A stretch of DNA of 48,318 bases from Sphingobacteriales bacterium (lineage in GTDB: Bacteria > Bacteroidota > Bacteroidia > Chitinophagales > JADIYW01): positions 1-48,318 of the forward strand of contig JAYVPA010000181.1 of assembly GCA_043757615.1 (NCBI GenBank), in the 5' to 3' direction. Below are positions 9,033 to 19,442 of this stretch, in pieces. The notes under the pieces were generated by a model. It saw only the letters and a program-made list of their open reading frames with translations. It had not been told where the DNA came from and did not search any database. Both the position numbers and the translations under genes were made by a program. Each line of letters starts with the position of its first letter. The first letter of the stretch is position 1.

Positions 9033-11357
9033 TTATTCTACGATTTGAAGTTTTGCAAACTTCAGCATGATTTTTTTATTGCCGACACCATCAAAAAATA
9101 TGGTAGCAATCCTGTTTTCGCCGCCGCCTTCTACACTCAGTACTTTTCCCTGATTGAATTTTTCGTGAATGACTTTCATGCCGGCTTCCAGTGTTTTTAA
9201 ATCAGAAGAAAGCATGCTGCTTGTATTTGCAGCAGTTCTTATTTTAGTTAAATGTTGAGGTTGTTCGAATGTTGGTTTTGGAACTGTAGGTTCTTGTTTC
9301 TTCTGATTTGCTTTACTCAGATACCATTTTGTATTTTCATCATCACCAAAAAACGATTTTTGTTCCGGTCTTGCCTTTTCTTTTTGTCCGTAGAAAATTT
9401 TGTTTTCTTCAGCAATCTCATCAATAAAACGACTTTGGTCACCGTAATTCAATTGACCAAATTTGTATCTTGTTAATGCATATGATAATGTCAGGAATCT
9501 TTTGGACCGAGTGATTGCCACATAAAATAAACGACGTTCTTCTTCCAAGTCTTCACGCGTATTCATCGACATGATAGAAGGGAATAAATTTTCTTCCAGG
9601 CCTACAATAAATACACTGCTGAATTCCAGACCCTTTGCGGCGTGTATCGTCATCAGTTTTACTTTCTCTTTATTTTCATCTTTGGAATCGTCCATGTCTG
9701 TCAGCAAAGAAATCTGCTGAAGATAAGCTGCAAGATCATTGTCCGGACGAACTTCATCTTCTTCATATTCCGGCTGTTCACCCACCGTATATTCTTTGAT
9801 ACCATTCAGTAACTCCTGGATATTTTCAAAACGGGAAATTCCTTCTGCGGTTTTGTCTTTGTATAAATCCTGAATGATACCGGTTTGTTTGCCAATATAT
9901 TCTGCAATTTCATATGCATTTTTACCCGACAACATTGCACGAAAACTTTTTATCATGATGCCAAAATCACGAATGGATTGTTTCGCGCGCGCCTGCATAT
10001 CTATGATGATTTCTGGTTTTTCTACTACGTGCCACAAGGGTAAATCATGTTCATTCGCAGTTACAATCAGCCTGTCAATACTGGTGTTTCCAATGCCTCG
10101 CACCGGATAATTAATAATGCGTTTCAGTGCTTCTTCATCATTTGGATTTACCACTACGCGCAAATAAGAAATAAAATCCTTGACTTCTTTACGCTGATAG
10201 AAAGACAGTCCACCATAAATTTTATAAGGAATATTTAATTTGCGCAGCGCTTCCTCAAAAGAACGCGATTGCGCATTTGTCCTGTATAGAATCGCAAATT
10301 CAGAATGCTTCAGATGGTTGCGCATTTTCTGGTCGAAAATGGCATCTGCAACAATACGAGCTTCGTCTGTATCACTTGCAGTTTTGAAAACTTTTATTTT
10401 TTCGCCACCTTTATTTTCTGTCCAGATTTCTTTTGGTAACTGTGCTTTATTGTGTTTGATAATCTGGTTTGCTGCACTTACAATATGTTCTGTAGAACGA
10501 TAATTCTGTTCCAGTTTAAAAACTTTTAAATCAGGATAATCACGCTCAAAATTTAAAATATTTTCGATAGTAGCGCCACGAAAAGCGTAGATACTTTGTG
10601 CATCATCACCCACCACGCACACATTTTCATGCTGACCTGCAAACAGTTTTACAATTTCATACTGCGCATTATTCGTATCCTGAAACTCATCAATTAAGAT
10701 ATGCGTAAAACGATTCTGGTATTTATATAAAACATCCGGGAATTTTGTAAGAAGCTCATGCATCTTTAGCAGTAAATCATCAAAATCCATCGCACCTGCT
10801 TTGAAGCATCTGTCCTGATATTTTGCAAATAATTCCGCAATCTTTGGTCTTCCGCTGCTTTCATCATCCGATACCAAATCCACATTCATTGCATATTTTT
10901 TCGCATCTATCAATCCGTTCTTTGCAGAAGAGATTCTATAAAAAACAGTAGCAGGTTTATATAATTTATCATTTAATCCTACTTCCTTAATAATTGTTTT
11001 TAAAAGACTCTTGCAGTCATCTGGGTCGTAAATTGTAAAATTATTAGGATAGCCTAAACGATGTGCTTCCGCGCGCAGGATACGTGCGAACACCGAGTGA
11101 AAAGTGCCCATGTATAAATTACGTGCTTCGTGTCCGACAATATGCGAAATACGTTCGCGCATTTCCGCTGCTGCCTTATTTGTAAAGGTCAGCGCCATAA
11201 TACGAAACGGATCAATATTATTTTTAATAAGATAGGCAATACGGTAAGTGAGCACGCGCGTTTTTCCCGAGCCGGGACCGGCAATAATCATCACCGGACC
11301 ATTGATAGTAGTAACAGCATTGAGCTGTGATTCGTTTAATTCGGCTAATTCACGCAT
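9033..11357 (-). CDS. pcrA: ATP-dependent DNA helicase, UvrD/PcrA/Rep family
   Basis: SF1 motifs AGPGSGKT, ILIDEFQDTN, VGDDAQSIYAFRGA, YRS, IHAAKGLEF and VAITRS, plus a C-terminal Tudor-like tail. Confidence 0.9.
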   Translation of the reverse strand: MRELAELNESQLNAVTTINGPVMIIAGPGSGKTRVLTYRIAYLIKNNIDPFRIMALTFTNKAAAEMRERISHIVGHEARNLYMGTFHSVFARILRAEAHRLGYPNNFTIYDPDDCKSLLKTIIKEVGLNDKLYKPATVFYRISSAKNGLIDAKKYAMNVDLVSDDESSGRPKIAELFAKYQDRCFKAGAMDFDDLLLKMHELLTKFPDVLYKYQNRFTHILIDEFQDTNNAQYEIVKLFAGQHENVCVVGDDAQSIYAFRGATIENILNFERDYPDLKVFKLEQNYRSTEHIVSAANQIIKHNKAQLPKEIWTENKGGEKIKVFKTASDTDEARIVADAIFDQKMRNHLKHSEFAILYRTNAQSRSFEEALRKLNIPYKIYGGLSFYQRKEVKDFISYLRVVVNPNDEEALKRIINYPVRGIGNTSIDRLIVTANEHDLPLWHVVEKPEIIIDMQARAKQSIRDFGIMIKSFRAMLSGKNAYEIAEYIGKQTGIIQDLYKDKTAEGISRFENIQELLNGIKEYTVGEQPEYEEDEVRPDNDLAAYLQQISLLTDMDDSKDENKEKVKLMTIHAAKGLEFSSVFIVGLEENLFPSIMSMNTREDLEEERRLFYVAITRSKRFLTLSYALTRYKFGQLNYGDQSRFIDEIAEENKIFYGQKEKARPEQKSFFGDDENTKWYLSKANQKKQEPTVPKPTFEQPQHLTKIRTAANTSSMLSSDLKTLEAGMKVIHEKFNQGKVLSVEGGGENRIATIFFDGVGNKKIMLKFAKLQIVE

Positions 11358-11448
11358 GGGTGCACAAAGATACTTTTTTGAGTCAGGATTTTAAAAGTGA
11401 TTTATCGACAAAAGTCAAATTAAGTCAATAATTTAAGGTTGCAATAAT

Positions 11449-11491
11449 TCCGACACGTCGGCGAGGTTCCAGACCTCGCCGACGTGTCGGA
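11449..11491. repeat. Perfect 19-bp-arm GC-rich palindrome (5-nt spacer) in a divergent promoter region
   Basis: TCCGACACGTCGGCGAGGT-TCCAG-ACCTCGCCGACGTGTCGGA. I verified base by base that the arms are exact reverse complements. Confidence 0.9.
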
Positions 11492-11532
11492 TATCTCATA
11501 TCATTTGTTATCTTTATCAAAAATTTAATAGA

Positions 11533-12756
11533 ATGGCTAAAGGCAATGATTCGCCGTTAAAGAAGACCTGGATACGATTAAAAAAGAACAAACCGGCGAT
11601 TATCAGCTTAATTGTAATTTTAATTTCAGTTCTTTTAGCTATTATCGGCCCGAGCATTGCGCCTGATAAAACACCGGATGCTGATGACCAGATTTTAGAA
11701 CTGGCTAATGTAAGTCCGGGATTTTCCACCAAACTTTTATTAGTACAAAAAAACAGGGAAGAAAAGAATCCATCCATTTTCAGCAGAATATTATTCGGTA
11801 CGGATAATTCAAATGAAATGATTCCAATTAATTCGTATTCATTTGATGATAGTGCAAATATTGTATTGCAGACGTATGAAGGTGAAGGCAGAACAGCTCT
11901 GAAAAAAGTACTGACAATTGTAGATGTATGCAAGGCTTTGTCAAATACCAATCCTGCAATTCATATTAATGGCGACCAGGCTGCTTTTACAGATTTCAAT
12001 GAAAAAAAAGAAACAGCATCTATTGCATCACTAAAAAAAGAAATCGAAAGTAGGGTTATTACACAAAAATATTATCTGGGAACAGACGGATATGGACGTG
12101 ATATTCTAAGCAGATTATTGTTTGGTGTACGTGTTTCTTTATCGGTAGGTTTGGTCGCGGTGATGATTTCATTAACCATAGGAATTTTTATGGGAAGTGT
12201 TGCCGGCTTTTACCGTGGTACAGTGGACAATATCATCATGTGGTTCATCAATGTAATCTGGGCGATACCGACTATTTTATTAGCAATGGCCATTCGTTTT
12301 GCGATTGGTGATAAGATCCCTTCGTTTCTTGCCATTTTCATTGCAGTAGGCTTGTCTATGTGGGTGGAAGTTGCCCGTATTGTTCGAGGCCAGGTTTTAG
12401 GAGTCCGTGAAATGGAATATGTGCAGGCAGCACGAGGTTTGGGCTACAATAATGCGAGAATCATTATCAAACATATTTTACCAAATATCATTGGGCCTAT
12501 TATGGTAATTGCAGCTTCAGATTTTGCCTCAGCTATATTAATAGAAGCAGGTTTGAGTTTTGTAGGTATCGGTGTAAAACCGCCAACGCCAAGTTGGGGC
12601 ACCATGCTGAATGACCATCGCGCTTATTTACTGACACCGGGCAAAGCTTTTTTAGCATTGGCTCCAGGAATTTGCATTATGGTTATGGTGCTGGCATTCA
12701 ATCTATTAGGAAATGGACTTCGTGATGCTTTTGATGTAAAAGGAAAAACCGTTTAA
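11533..12756 (+). CDS. ABC transporter permease, DppC/OppC type (orphan)
   Basis: BPD_transp_1 core with EAA-like motif IEAGLSFVGIGV. About 140 aa extracytoplasmic insert after TM1. No ATPase or binding protein adjacent. Confidence 0.8.
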   Translation: MAKGNDSPLKKTWIRLKKNKPAIISLIVILISVLLAIIGPSIAPDKTPDADDQILELANVSPGFSTKLLLVQKNREEKNPSIFSRILFGTDNSNEMIPINSYSFDDSANIVLQTYEGEGRTALKKVLTIVDVCKALSNTNPAIHINGDQAAFTDFNEKKETASIASLKKEIESRVITQKYYLGTDGYGRDILSRLLFGVRVSLSVGLVAVMISLTIGIFMGSVAGFYRGTVDNIIMWFINVIWAIPTILLAMAIRFAIGDKIPSFLAIFIAVGLSMWVEVARIVRGQVLGVREMEYVQAARGLGYNNARIIIKHILPNIIGPIMVIAASDFASAILIEAGLSFVGIGVKPPTPSWGTMLNDHRAYLLTPGKAFLALAPGICIMVMVLAFNLLGNGLRDAFDVKGKTV

Positions 12757-12865
12757 TCTAAATCTACGCATAATCAATAAATTACAATCATAAAATTTTG
12801 ATGTTTTTGTATTATTGACCAAAGTTAAATAATAGTTGAACTACCTTGTAAATAACATGTTTTAA

Positions 12866-12895
12866 TTGTGAATTCCAGTTTTATACTTATTTTTG
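12866..12895 (+). promoter_or_regulatory. Candidate Bacteroidota sigma-A promoter for psd (TTG-N19-TATTTTTG)
   Basis: TTG at 12866..12868 and a perfect TAnnTTTG box (TATTTTTG) at 12888..12895, 53 nt upstream of the psd ATG. Confidence 0.45.
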
Positions 12896-12948
12896 GTGAC
12901 CGAAATAGATTGGCCGGACTTTAGTTTGGTTTAAAAAGAAAGAAAAAA

Positions 12949-13620
12949 ATGAGAAGAACATATATTCACAAAGAAGGCTGGAAAATAGTATTATGTACTT
13001 TTTTAATTGTTTTAATAATCAATTTGCTTACCAATTTTGCTTTTCATGCAGGAAAAACTGCAAGCTGGGTAATTTTCATTTTAAGCTTCTCATTCTTCTG
13101 TTTTGTTACTTATTTTTTCAGAAATCCAAAAAGAAACTTAATCACAGACGACGATAAAATTATTTGCCCGGCAGACGGAAAAGTAGTGGTGATTGAAGAA
13201 GTGTACGAACCTGAATACTTCGAAGATAAACGGTTACAGATTTCTGTATTTATGTCGCCCGCAAATGTGCACGTGAACCGCGCGCCGATAGCAGGTGAGG
13301 TGAAATATTCTAAATATCATGACGGAAAATACCTGGTAGCATGGCATCCTAAATCTTCTACGGAAAATGAGCGTACTTCTATTGTTATAGATAATGGAAG
13401 CGTGGATGTTTTGGTTCGTCAGATTGCGGGAAAGGTAGCACGACGTATTGTTTATTATTTAGAAGAAGGTGATTCTGTACAGCAAGGTGCTGATTTTGGC
13501 TTTATCAAATTTGGTTCTCGGGTAGATTTATTTTTACCCTTGGATACAAAAATAAATGTTCAGCTGGGACAAAAAGTAAAAGGCGGAATTACCGTAATTG
13601 GAGAGTTGCCAATAAAATAA
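12949..13620 (+). CDS. psd: Phosphatidylserine decarboxylase proenzyme (short form)
   Basis: 223 aa with N-terminal TM helices and the C-terminal FGSR self-cleavage (G-S) motif in GFIKFGSRVDLFLP. Confidence 0.9.
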   Translation: MRRTYIHKEGWKIVLCTFLIVLIINLLTNFAFHAGKTASWVIFILSFSFFCFVTYFFRNPKRNLITDDDKIICPADGKVVVIEEVYEPEYFEDKRLQISVFMSPANVHVNRAPIAGEVKYSKYHDGKYLVAWHPKSSTENERTSIVIDNGSVDVLVRQIAGKVARRIVYYLEEGDSVQQGADFGFIKFGSRVDLFLPLDTKINVQLGQKVKGGITVIGELPIK

Positions 13621-15045
13621 TCACTTAAGTTTATATAAAGTTATTCCATTAAAATTTCCTATTATTTGATATGGCTTTAGCTCTTTTGTGTACATAAAAC
13701 CATTGTTACTTAGTAACAAATAATCAGCTTTCTTATCTTTTAATACAGACAAATAATCATTGAATTCTGTGTATCCTTTTCTTTTTAATTGATATAGTGT
13801 TTTGTCTGGTGAATCATCCGGCAGCGATATCAGAATTTTATTTTCAGTTACGCCATTTTTTTCTAAAAAATCCTGCATTTCATCAGAAGATAAATAGCCG
13901 TTATATAAGTTGTCGGTTAGTTTTTCGGTTACAAATATTTTACAAAAAATCAGATTGGGAATCAGGCATAAGAATAAAAGTGTATGTGTGAATACATTTT
14001 CTGCATGAAAGAGATTATAGGTCTTTAATAAACCGATGATACCAAATAAAACAAAGATATAGAATGGGACATAATAGTATTCATGCCCTATCATTTTCTG
14101 GTAAAATAATAAAAGATAAATAATAGCTAGCAAAAAACTTGTTCCAATTAATATGCGTAATTCTATATCAAGTTTTTTCCAATGTCTTATCAAAAAATAT
14201 GATGACATAATTAAAAAGACTGAAGTTGGCCGCCAAAAATAATTTTTGCTTAAAGAAATTGTCATACGCCAGATACCTAAACCAATATCGTGTAAAGCTA
14301 CTTTCCAGATGGGAAACACATTCAGGAAGTAATAGGTGTCATGATTTGTTTTGTTGTAGTTTTTTGCATAGAAATACCAGCATAAAGGCAAAATACAAAA
14401 GGTAAAAGGTATAAATAATTTTATTTTAAATGGTTTTATTTTTAGTAAAAATATAAAAGCTATTACAAAGCTGATAATTTCACTGGCTTTTAATAAGGCT
14501 GCAAATGCAAATAAGATAAAAGCAAGCAAAAACATTAACATATTTTCTTTTTTATTACTATACAAGAAAAATGACCAGCCGATAAATGCAAAACTCAATG
14601 CAGGAACATCACTTAAAAAATTATTTCCATAAAAAACCAGAAGCGGTGAAGTAAATAGGAGTAAACTGCAGACAAAAGAAAGAAATCTTCGTTGCAAAAA
14701 ATAAAATGCAATAAAATAAGTTGATAAAATTCCTGCTAAGAAAATGACGCTGTGTATTAATCGCAATGCGAATGCTGCATTTTTAAATTGTGCAGCCATA
14801 AAATAAAAGACAGGAAATTCACCAACCACTTTTCCATTTACCGACTGCAAGTTGTAAATTTCAGGTTGTAAAAAAGGTAAATTAAATTGCTGATAGTTCT
14901 GTGTCATGGCCATGCAATCCGCCTGTCGCCATAAATGTGAACCTTGCGGAAGCAGATGCAGCATTGACGGATAATTATAAAATATACAGACAGCTATAAC
15001 CGCAACCAATAGAATATATAAACCTGTTAGTGTTGACTTCAACAT
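13621..15045 (-). CDS. Polytopic membrane protein, possible GT-C (ArnT/PMT-like) glycosyltransferase
   Basis: 474 aa with about 11 predicted TM helices and a ~100 aa soluble C-terminal domain. No catalytic motif identified with certainty. Confidence 0.35.
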   Translation of the reverse strand: MLKSTLTGLYILLVAVIAVCIFYNYPSMLHLLPQGSHLWRQADCMAMTQNYQQFNLPFLQPEIYNLQSVNGKVVGEFPVFYFMAAQFKNAAFALRLIHSVIFLAGILSTYFIAFYFLQRRFLSFVCSLLLFTSPLLVFYGNNFLSDVPALSFAFIGWSFFLYSNKKENMLMFLLAFILFAFAALLKASEIISFVIAFIFLLKIKPFKIKLFIPFTFCILPLCWYFYAKNYNKTNHDTYYFLNVFPIWKVALHDIGLGIWRMTISLSKNYFWRPTSVFLIMSSYFLIRHWKKLDIELRILIGTSFLLAIIYLLLFYQKMIGHEYYYVPFYIFVLFGIIGLLKTYNLFHAENVFTHTLLFLCLIPNLIFCKIFVTEKLTDNLYNGYLSSDEMQDFLEKNGVTENKILISLPDDSPDKTLYQLKRKGYTEFNDYLSVLKDKKADYLLLSNNGFMYTKELKPYQIIGNFNGITLYKLK

Positions 15046-15127
15046 GTGAAAATTGATTAGCTGCCTTTTTTATTTTGATTCTTGTATCATCCCGATAATT
15101 ATTGGTACAGAATGACCTTGGCATAAA

Positions 15128-18043
15128 CTAATACCCGAATATTTGTTCTAATGTGTATTTAGTTACTTTGCCGAATTTATTCAAGTCATTCAACTTTATC
15201 TTTTTCTCATCGCCGATAATGCTTATAGTATATGGTTTTGGCGAAATAATTGCCCGATGGAATTTCACCAAGTCATTAAAGGTTAAATTGTCCAGTAATT
15301 TATATGTTTTCTCACGTGTATCGTAACTGATACCTTTACGTTGCGCATCTAAAAATTTGAATAAAATCTGTTGTTTTAAAATGCGTGAAGAAGCATAGTT
15401 ATTTTTTAGCGATGCTTTAGAAACTGCAAATGTTTTTTCTGAATTTGGTAAGGAATCCAGTAATAATTGCATGCTTGGTATTGCTTCATTCATCTTGTCT
15501 GCCTGGCAACCTACGTATGCATTCATGGAATTCGGTTCGTTCTTTTTATACGCATTTTCATAGTATGCATACGTTGAATAAGCTAATGCTTTGGATTCAC
15601 GTATAGTTTGCCAGACTATATTTCCTGTGTATTCATTATATAAATCTATTGCCGGAATATTTATCGGGTTAAATAAGGTTGAATTTTTATTCCATGTAAT
15701 TTCTGTCTGCACCATATCATAGTTTGCAAAATTTACTTCTTTGGCCTTGTTCGTTTTAAATATAAACGGATAGCTCGGCGGTAAATTTTTTGTTGTAATG
15801 GTTGTCTTATGATACATCGACAATGTAGACACTAGTTCCTGTTGATCTTCCGGCCCATAGTATAAAATCTTATGAGGATACTTTGTGAGATTTTTTATCA
15901 GGATTACTAATTCTTCTGCCGTTAGTTTTTTCAGTTCTTCATTTGAAAACTGAAAATTAAATGGATTTTTAATACCATAGATTGCGATGTTGGATAAGCC
16001 GTCACGTATGTTTGATTTTTCCAGTTTATCATCTTCTCTTTTTTTGATAAAGTCACTGATAAAATCATTTAATTTTTTTTGGTCGGACTGACAATTAGCC
16101 AGCAGGTGTTCTAATAATTCTATAGATTTTGAAAGATTATTATTAAGTCCGTTTAATTGAATATATGTAGAATGCTCATCACATCTTGTACTAAAATCAG
16201 ATGCGTACTTGTAAAATTCTTTATTAATTTCTTCATTTGTATAACGGTTGGTGCCAAGATATTTTAAATATGCAAGTGCAATAGGTAATTTTTTCATATT
16301 GCTGCTGCCCATTTCAAAATAGTAATACAAAGAAAAAAGCTGGTTGTCTGTATTTGGTGAGATGATTACAGGCACTTTATTAGACATGGCATGTCGGATG
16401 TCTTTTGTAAAATCAAGAAAGACAGGTTTTATTTCTTCCACTTTCATTTCAGAAATTTGTTTCAGGAAATCAGATTGTGCATTTCTGTTTACTTCCACTT
16501 CATGTATTGGTGGTTTGGTTACTTTAACAACAGTTGTATCTTTACCTGTTTTTTTATAAACGACCACATAATTATTGCCGAACCACTTATTCGCAAAACT
16601 TACAATGTCATTTTTAGAGTAACTTTTTACTTCTTCATAAAAAGCGAGTTCATCATTCCAGTTTACTTCTTTTATAAAATCATCCAGTAAATTATATGCT
16701 CTGTCGCTGTTGCTCTCCATTTTTTGTAGCTTCTCTTTTTCAAAGTTATTTTTTACAGCCTGCATCAGACCATCATCGAAATTCCCTTTTTTTATATTTT
16801 CGATTTCATTTAAAATAAGGTTTTTTACTTCTGTTAATGATTGCCCGGATTTTGGCTTCCCATCCAGTTTATAAAAACTATAATCTTTCATAGTCTGAGC
16901 ATATGAAACTGCTTCCAGAACTTTTTGTTTTTTGTTTAGATTAATATCCAGTAAACCAGCAGTGCCATTCGCTAATAATCTATCTGTAAACTGCAGCAGA
17001 CTTGCTTCTTTTGATTTTGCGGCAGGGAAACGATAACCTATGGAAACCCATTCATCTTTCGGACCGTAAACAGTTTTTTCTATTGGCGTTGTGATTTCTG
17101 CTTCCTGCGGTGCGATGTAAAGCTTTACTTCTTTTGATACAAATGTTCCGAATTTTTCATCTACCATTTTCATCACTGCATCAGGATTAAAATCACCTAC
17201 TAAAATCATACACATATTATTAGGCACATAATTGTTCTGAAAATACTTTTTAATTTCTAATAGGGAAGGATTTTTCAAATGTTCTATTGTTCCAAGCGTT
17301 GTTTGCTGTCCATAATTATGTTTCTGAAACAGATTAGCTAACAATACTTCACTCGCTTTTCTGTCGTCATTATCTAGGCCTCTGTTTTTTTCTTCATATA
17401 CCGCTTCCAGTTCTGTGTGAAATAATCTGAAAACAGGATTCTTGAAACGATCCGCTTCAATTGTCAGCCAGCGTTCAATCTGGTTAGAAGGAATATCGTT
17501 TACATAGGCTGTTTGTTCATACCACGTATATGCGTTCGTGCCTTTCGCACCAATCATTCCCATCAGCTTGTCATATTCATTTGCAATCGCATATTTTGCC
17601 GCAATCCCGCTGACAGAGTCAATCTTTGCATATATTTTTGAACGTGTTGTTTCATCTTTTGTGGAATTATAGTTTTCATACAAATCATCAATCTGATCTA
17701 AATAAGGTTTCTCTTTTCCCCAATCCAAAGAACCATATTTCTCTGTTCCCTTAAACAGCATGTGTTCTAAATAATGAGCCAGTCCTGTATGGTTTGCTGG
17801 GTCTGTATTGCTTCCTGCTTTTGTGGCAATGATTGTCTGCAAACGTGGTTCTGCTTTATTGATTCCAAGGATTACGGTAAGACCGTTTTTCAAGGTATAG
17901 AATCTTGTTTTTAGCGGATCATTCTTTACATATTTATAAGTGTAGCCGTTGCCGGTTTCTGTTATCCATTCATATGCAGCCTGTGCGTGAGTGATATAAA
18001 AAGAAAGTAATAAAAGTGCAGAGATGAAAGAATTCTTTTTCAT
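15128..18043 (-). CDS. M16 family (insulinase/pitrilysin-like) zinc metallopeptidase, secreted
   Basis: Signal peptide, inverted zinc motif HYLEHMLFKG (HxxEH), 971 aa with a duplicated M16 domain architecture. Confidence 0.85.
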   Translation of the reverse strand: MKKNSFISALLLLSFYITHAQAAYEWITETGNGYTYKYVKNDPLKTRFYTLKNGLTVILGINKAEPRLQTIIATKAGSNTDPANHTGLAHYLEHMLFKGTEKYGSLDWGKEKPYLDQIDDLYENYNSTKDETTRSKIYAKIDSVSGIAAKYAIANEYDKLMGMIGAKGTNAYTWYEQTAYVNDIPSNQIERWLTIEADRFKNPVFRLFHTELEAVYEEKNRGLDNDDRKASEVLLANLFQKHNYGQQTTLGTIEHLKNPSLLEIKKYFQNNYVPNNMCMILVGDFNPDAVMKMVDEKFGTFVSKEVKLYIAPQEAEITTPIEKTVYGPKDEWVSIGYRFPAAKSKEASLLQFTDRLLANGTAGLLDINLNKKQKVLEAVSYAQTMKDYSFYKLDGKPKSGQSLTEVKNLILNEIENIKKGNFDDGLMQAVKNNFEKEKLQKMESNSDRAYNLLDDFIKEVNWNDELAFYEEVKSYSKNDIVSFANKWFGNNYVVVYKKTGKDTTVVKVTKPPIHEVEVNRNAQSDFLKQISEMKVEEIKPVFLDFTKDIRHAMSNKVPVIISPNTDNQLFSLYYYFEMGSSNMKKLPIALAYLKYLGTNRYTNEEINKEFYKYASDFSTRCDEHSTYIQLNGLNNNLSKSIELLEHLLANCQSDQKKLNDFISDFIKKREDDKLEKSNIRDGLSNIAIYGIKNPFNFQFSNEELKKLTAEELVILIKNLTKYPHKILYYGPEDQQELVSTLSMYHKTTITTKNLPPSYPFIFKTNKAKEVNFANYDMVQTEITWNKNSTLFNPINIPAIDLYNEYTGNIVWQTIRESKALAYSTYAYYENAYKKNEPNSMNAYVGCQADKMNEAIPSMQLLLDSLPNSEKTFAVSKASLKNNYASSRILKQQILFKFLDAQRKGISYDTREKTYKLLDNLTFNDLVKFHRAIISPKPYTISIIGDEKKIKLNDLNKFGKVTKYTLEQIFGY

Positions 18044-18141
18044 AGAAATATTTTAATCATTCAATTGATTTAAAAATAGATTACATGAAAGATAAAATAA
18101 AAAGAGAAGACTAAATAATATTTACATCAATAAAACGGTAA

Positions 18142-19338
18142 TTATTTATCCATAATTTCCACTTGTTTTTCTTTATTCGCAATAATTTGCGGCGTGCCTT
18201 TGAATTCACCAATTTTTCCTTTAATGCAGATTGTTTTTCCCTGTAAAAATTCTTCCGGTTTGTAAGAAAAATTTTGTCTGTCCTGACCAAATATCATCAG
18301 CGTAAAAACCTGTTCTGGATATTTTTTATCGAGGTTGATATACGTAGGATTTGTTTTGCCGTTTTCACTGTATTTTGTGCTTACCACTTTTCCGCAAACA
18401 CAAGCATCTTTGCCGATATTATCCTTTGCCTGTAAAGTATTTATTTTTCCTTTTCCAAAATCTTTTGGCGTGAATTGAGAAGCTTTTAATTGTTCAAAAT
18501 AAGAGGGATCAAAATCTAAAATATTAGCTGAAGCCTCCAGCTTATTTTCAAGGCTGTCATTTAATTTAGGAAAGAAATTAATGCCGGTTAATTGTTCGAT
18601 GCTGTCAATAGAAACTACATGCTTGTCCAGCTCATAAGGTACATCTTTATTTGAATACAAAAAAGCAATAGCTTTATAGATTGGAGGGTAAAAATCCAGT
18701 ACAATTTTATACAAAAATTCCGGTATAGAAACCTTAAAAGAACCTTGTGGAATCTTTGATAAATTATCTTTCAGGACAGGTCCTGTTACCACGATTAATT
18801 CAGTATTGTCAATCGCCCATTCGCGGACCTGCATTTCTAATTTATTCCAGCTGCCTTGATTCAATTGCGGATTTTGCGGAATAATATTTGAATAATAATA
18901 GGATTCACTCAATGCTTTCCTGTTCCATTTAAAATCAGCAGAAGCAGCCATATGACCACGGTCAAAACCGCTGTTCCAGTAATCAACAGAATCAGACATA
19001 TTTTGTTTGATAAAGGGATCAGGTCTGAAATCATTGCTTCGTGTCTGGCTGCCGTACAAAATATCTTTCAATATAACATGTACTACATAATTTGGCTCTC
19101 GATGAAACGGATTATAGCTGGAAAGAAATGCAACATGTTTTACAAGTTGTTCATTTGGAATGGGTGCTGCAATGCCGACAGAATCAATCAGCTTTTGAAT
19201 GTGTAATAATTTAGAAGATTCAATTTCTTTGAAAATATCTTTTTGTAATTGATAAGAAGAAATAGTATCCTCAGCAAAAGAAGAGAGGAGGCAAAAGAAA
19301 GAAGCCAGAAGGAGAATTATTTTAAAATATTTATTCAT
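18142..19338 (-). CDS. Secreted DNA/RNA non-specific endonuclease (NUC/EndoG family) with a C-terminal OB-fold-like domain
   Basis: Signal peptide, active-site GFDRGHMAA (DRGH), and the NIIPQNPQLNQGSW metal-binding Asn region. The ~100 aa C-terminal domain resembles an OB-fold. Confidence 0.8.
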   Translation of the reverse strand: MNKYFKIILLLASFFCLLSSFAEDTISSYQLQKDIFKEIESSKLLHIQKLIDSVGIAAPIPNEQLVKHVAFLSSYNPFHREPNYVVHVILKDILYGSQTRSNDFRPDPFIKQNMSDSVDYWNSGFDRGHMAASADFKWNRKALSESYYYSNIIPQNPQLNQGSWNKLEMQVREWAIDNTELIVVTGPVLKDNLSKIPQGSFKVSIPEFLYKIVLDFYPPIYKAIAFLYSNKDVPYELDKHVVSIDSIEQLTGINFFPKLNDSLENKLEASANILDFDPSYFEQLKASQFTPKDFGKGKINTLQAKDNIGKDACVCGKVVSTKYSENGKTNPTYINLDKKYPEQVFTLMIFGQDRQNFSYKPEEFLQGKTICIKGKIGEFKGTPQIIANKEKQVEIMDK

Positions 19339-19400
19339 ATTTATTCAGTAAAAATACAAAAAAAATGAAAGACCGGGAGAGTTATCAGATAGCATGATAA

Positions 19401-19436
19401 ACTAAAGAAAAACGAGCCATTTTAGCGGCTCGTTTC
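19401..19436 (-). terminator. Rho-independent terminator downstream of the first acyl-CoA ligase gene
   Basis: AAACGAGCC-8 nt loop-GGCTCGTTT (19410..19435) followed on the minus strand by TTTCTTT, a few nt after the stop at 19443. Confidence 0.7.
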
Positions 19437-19442
19437 TTATTT

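Noticed and set aside
11517-11951. 144-aa ORF on the minus strand, plus many similar 60-125 aa ORFs in the track (e.g. 445..666, 1692..2006, 9874..10110, 21435..21740, 24766..25083, 44991..45368, 45720..46025)
   Set aside because: All lie antisense to, or out of frame within, long ORFs that have clear family motifs. They have low-complexity or hydrophobic composition typical of shadow ORFs in AT-rich DNA and carry no recognisable motifs.
12757-12948. Larger intergenic gaps (12757..12948, 31701..31813, 34573..34683, 44514..44671) examined for tRNA, riboswitch or small-RNA genes
   Set aside because: I could find no tRNA-like T-arm/acceptor patterns, no conserved riboswitch cores and no strong hairpins. 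The sequences look like ordinary AT-rich promoter regions.
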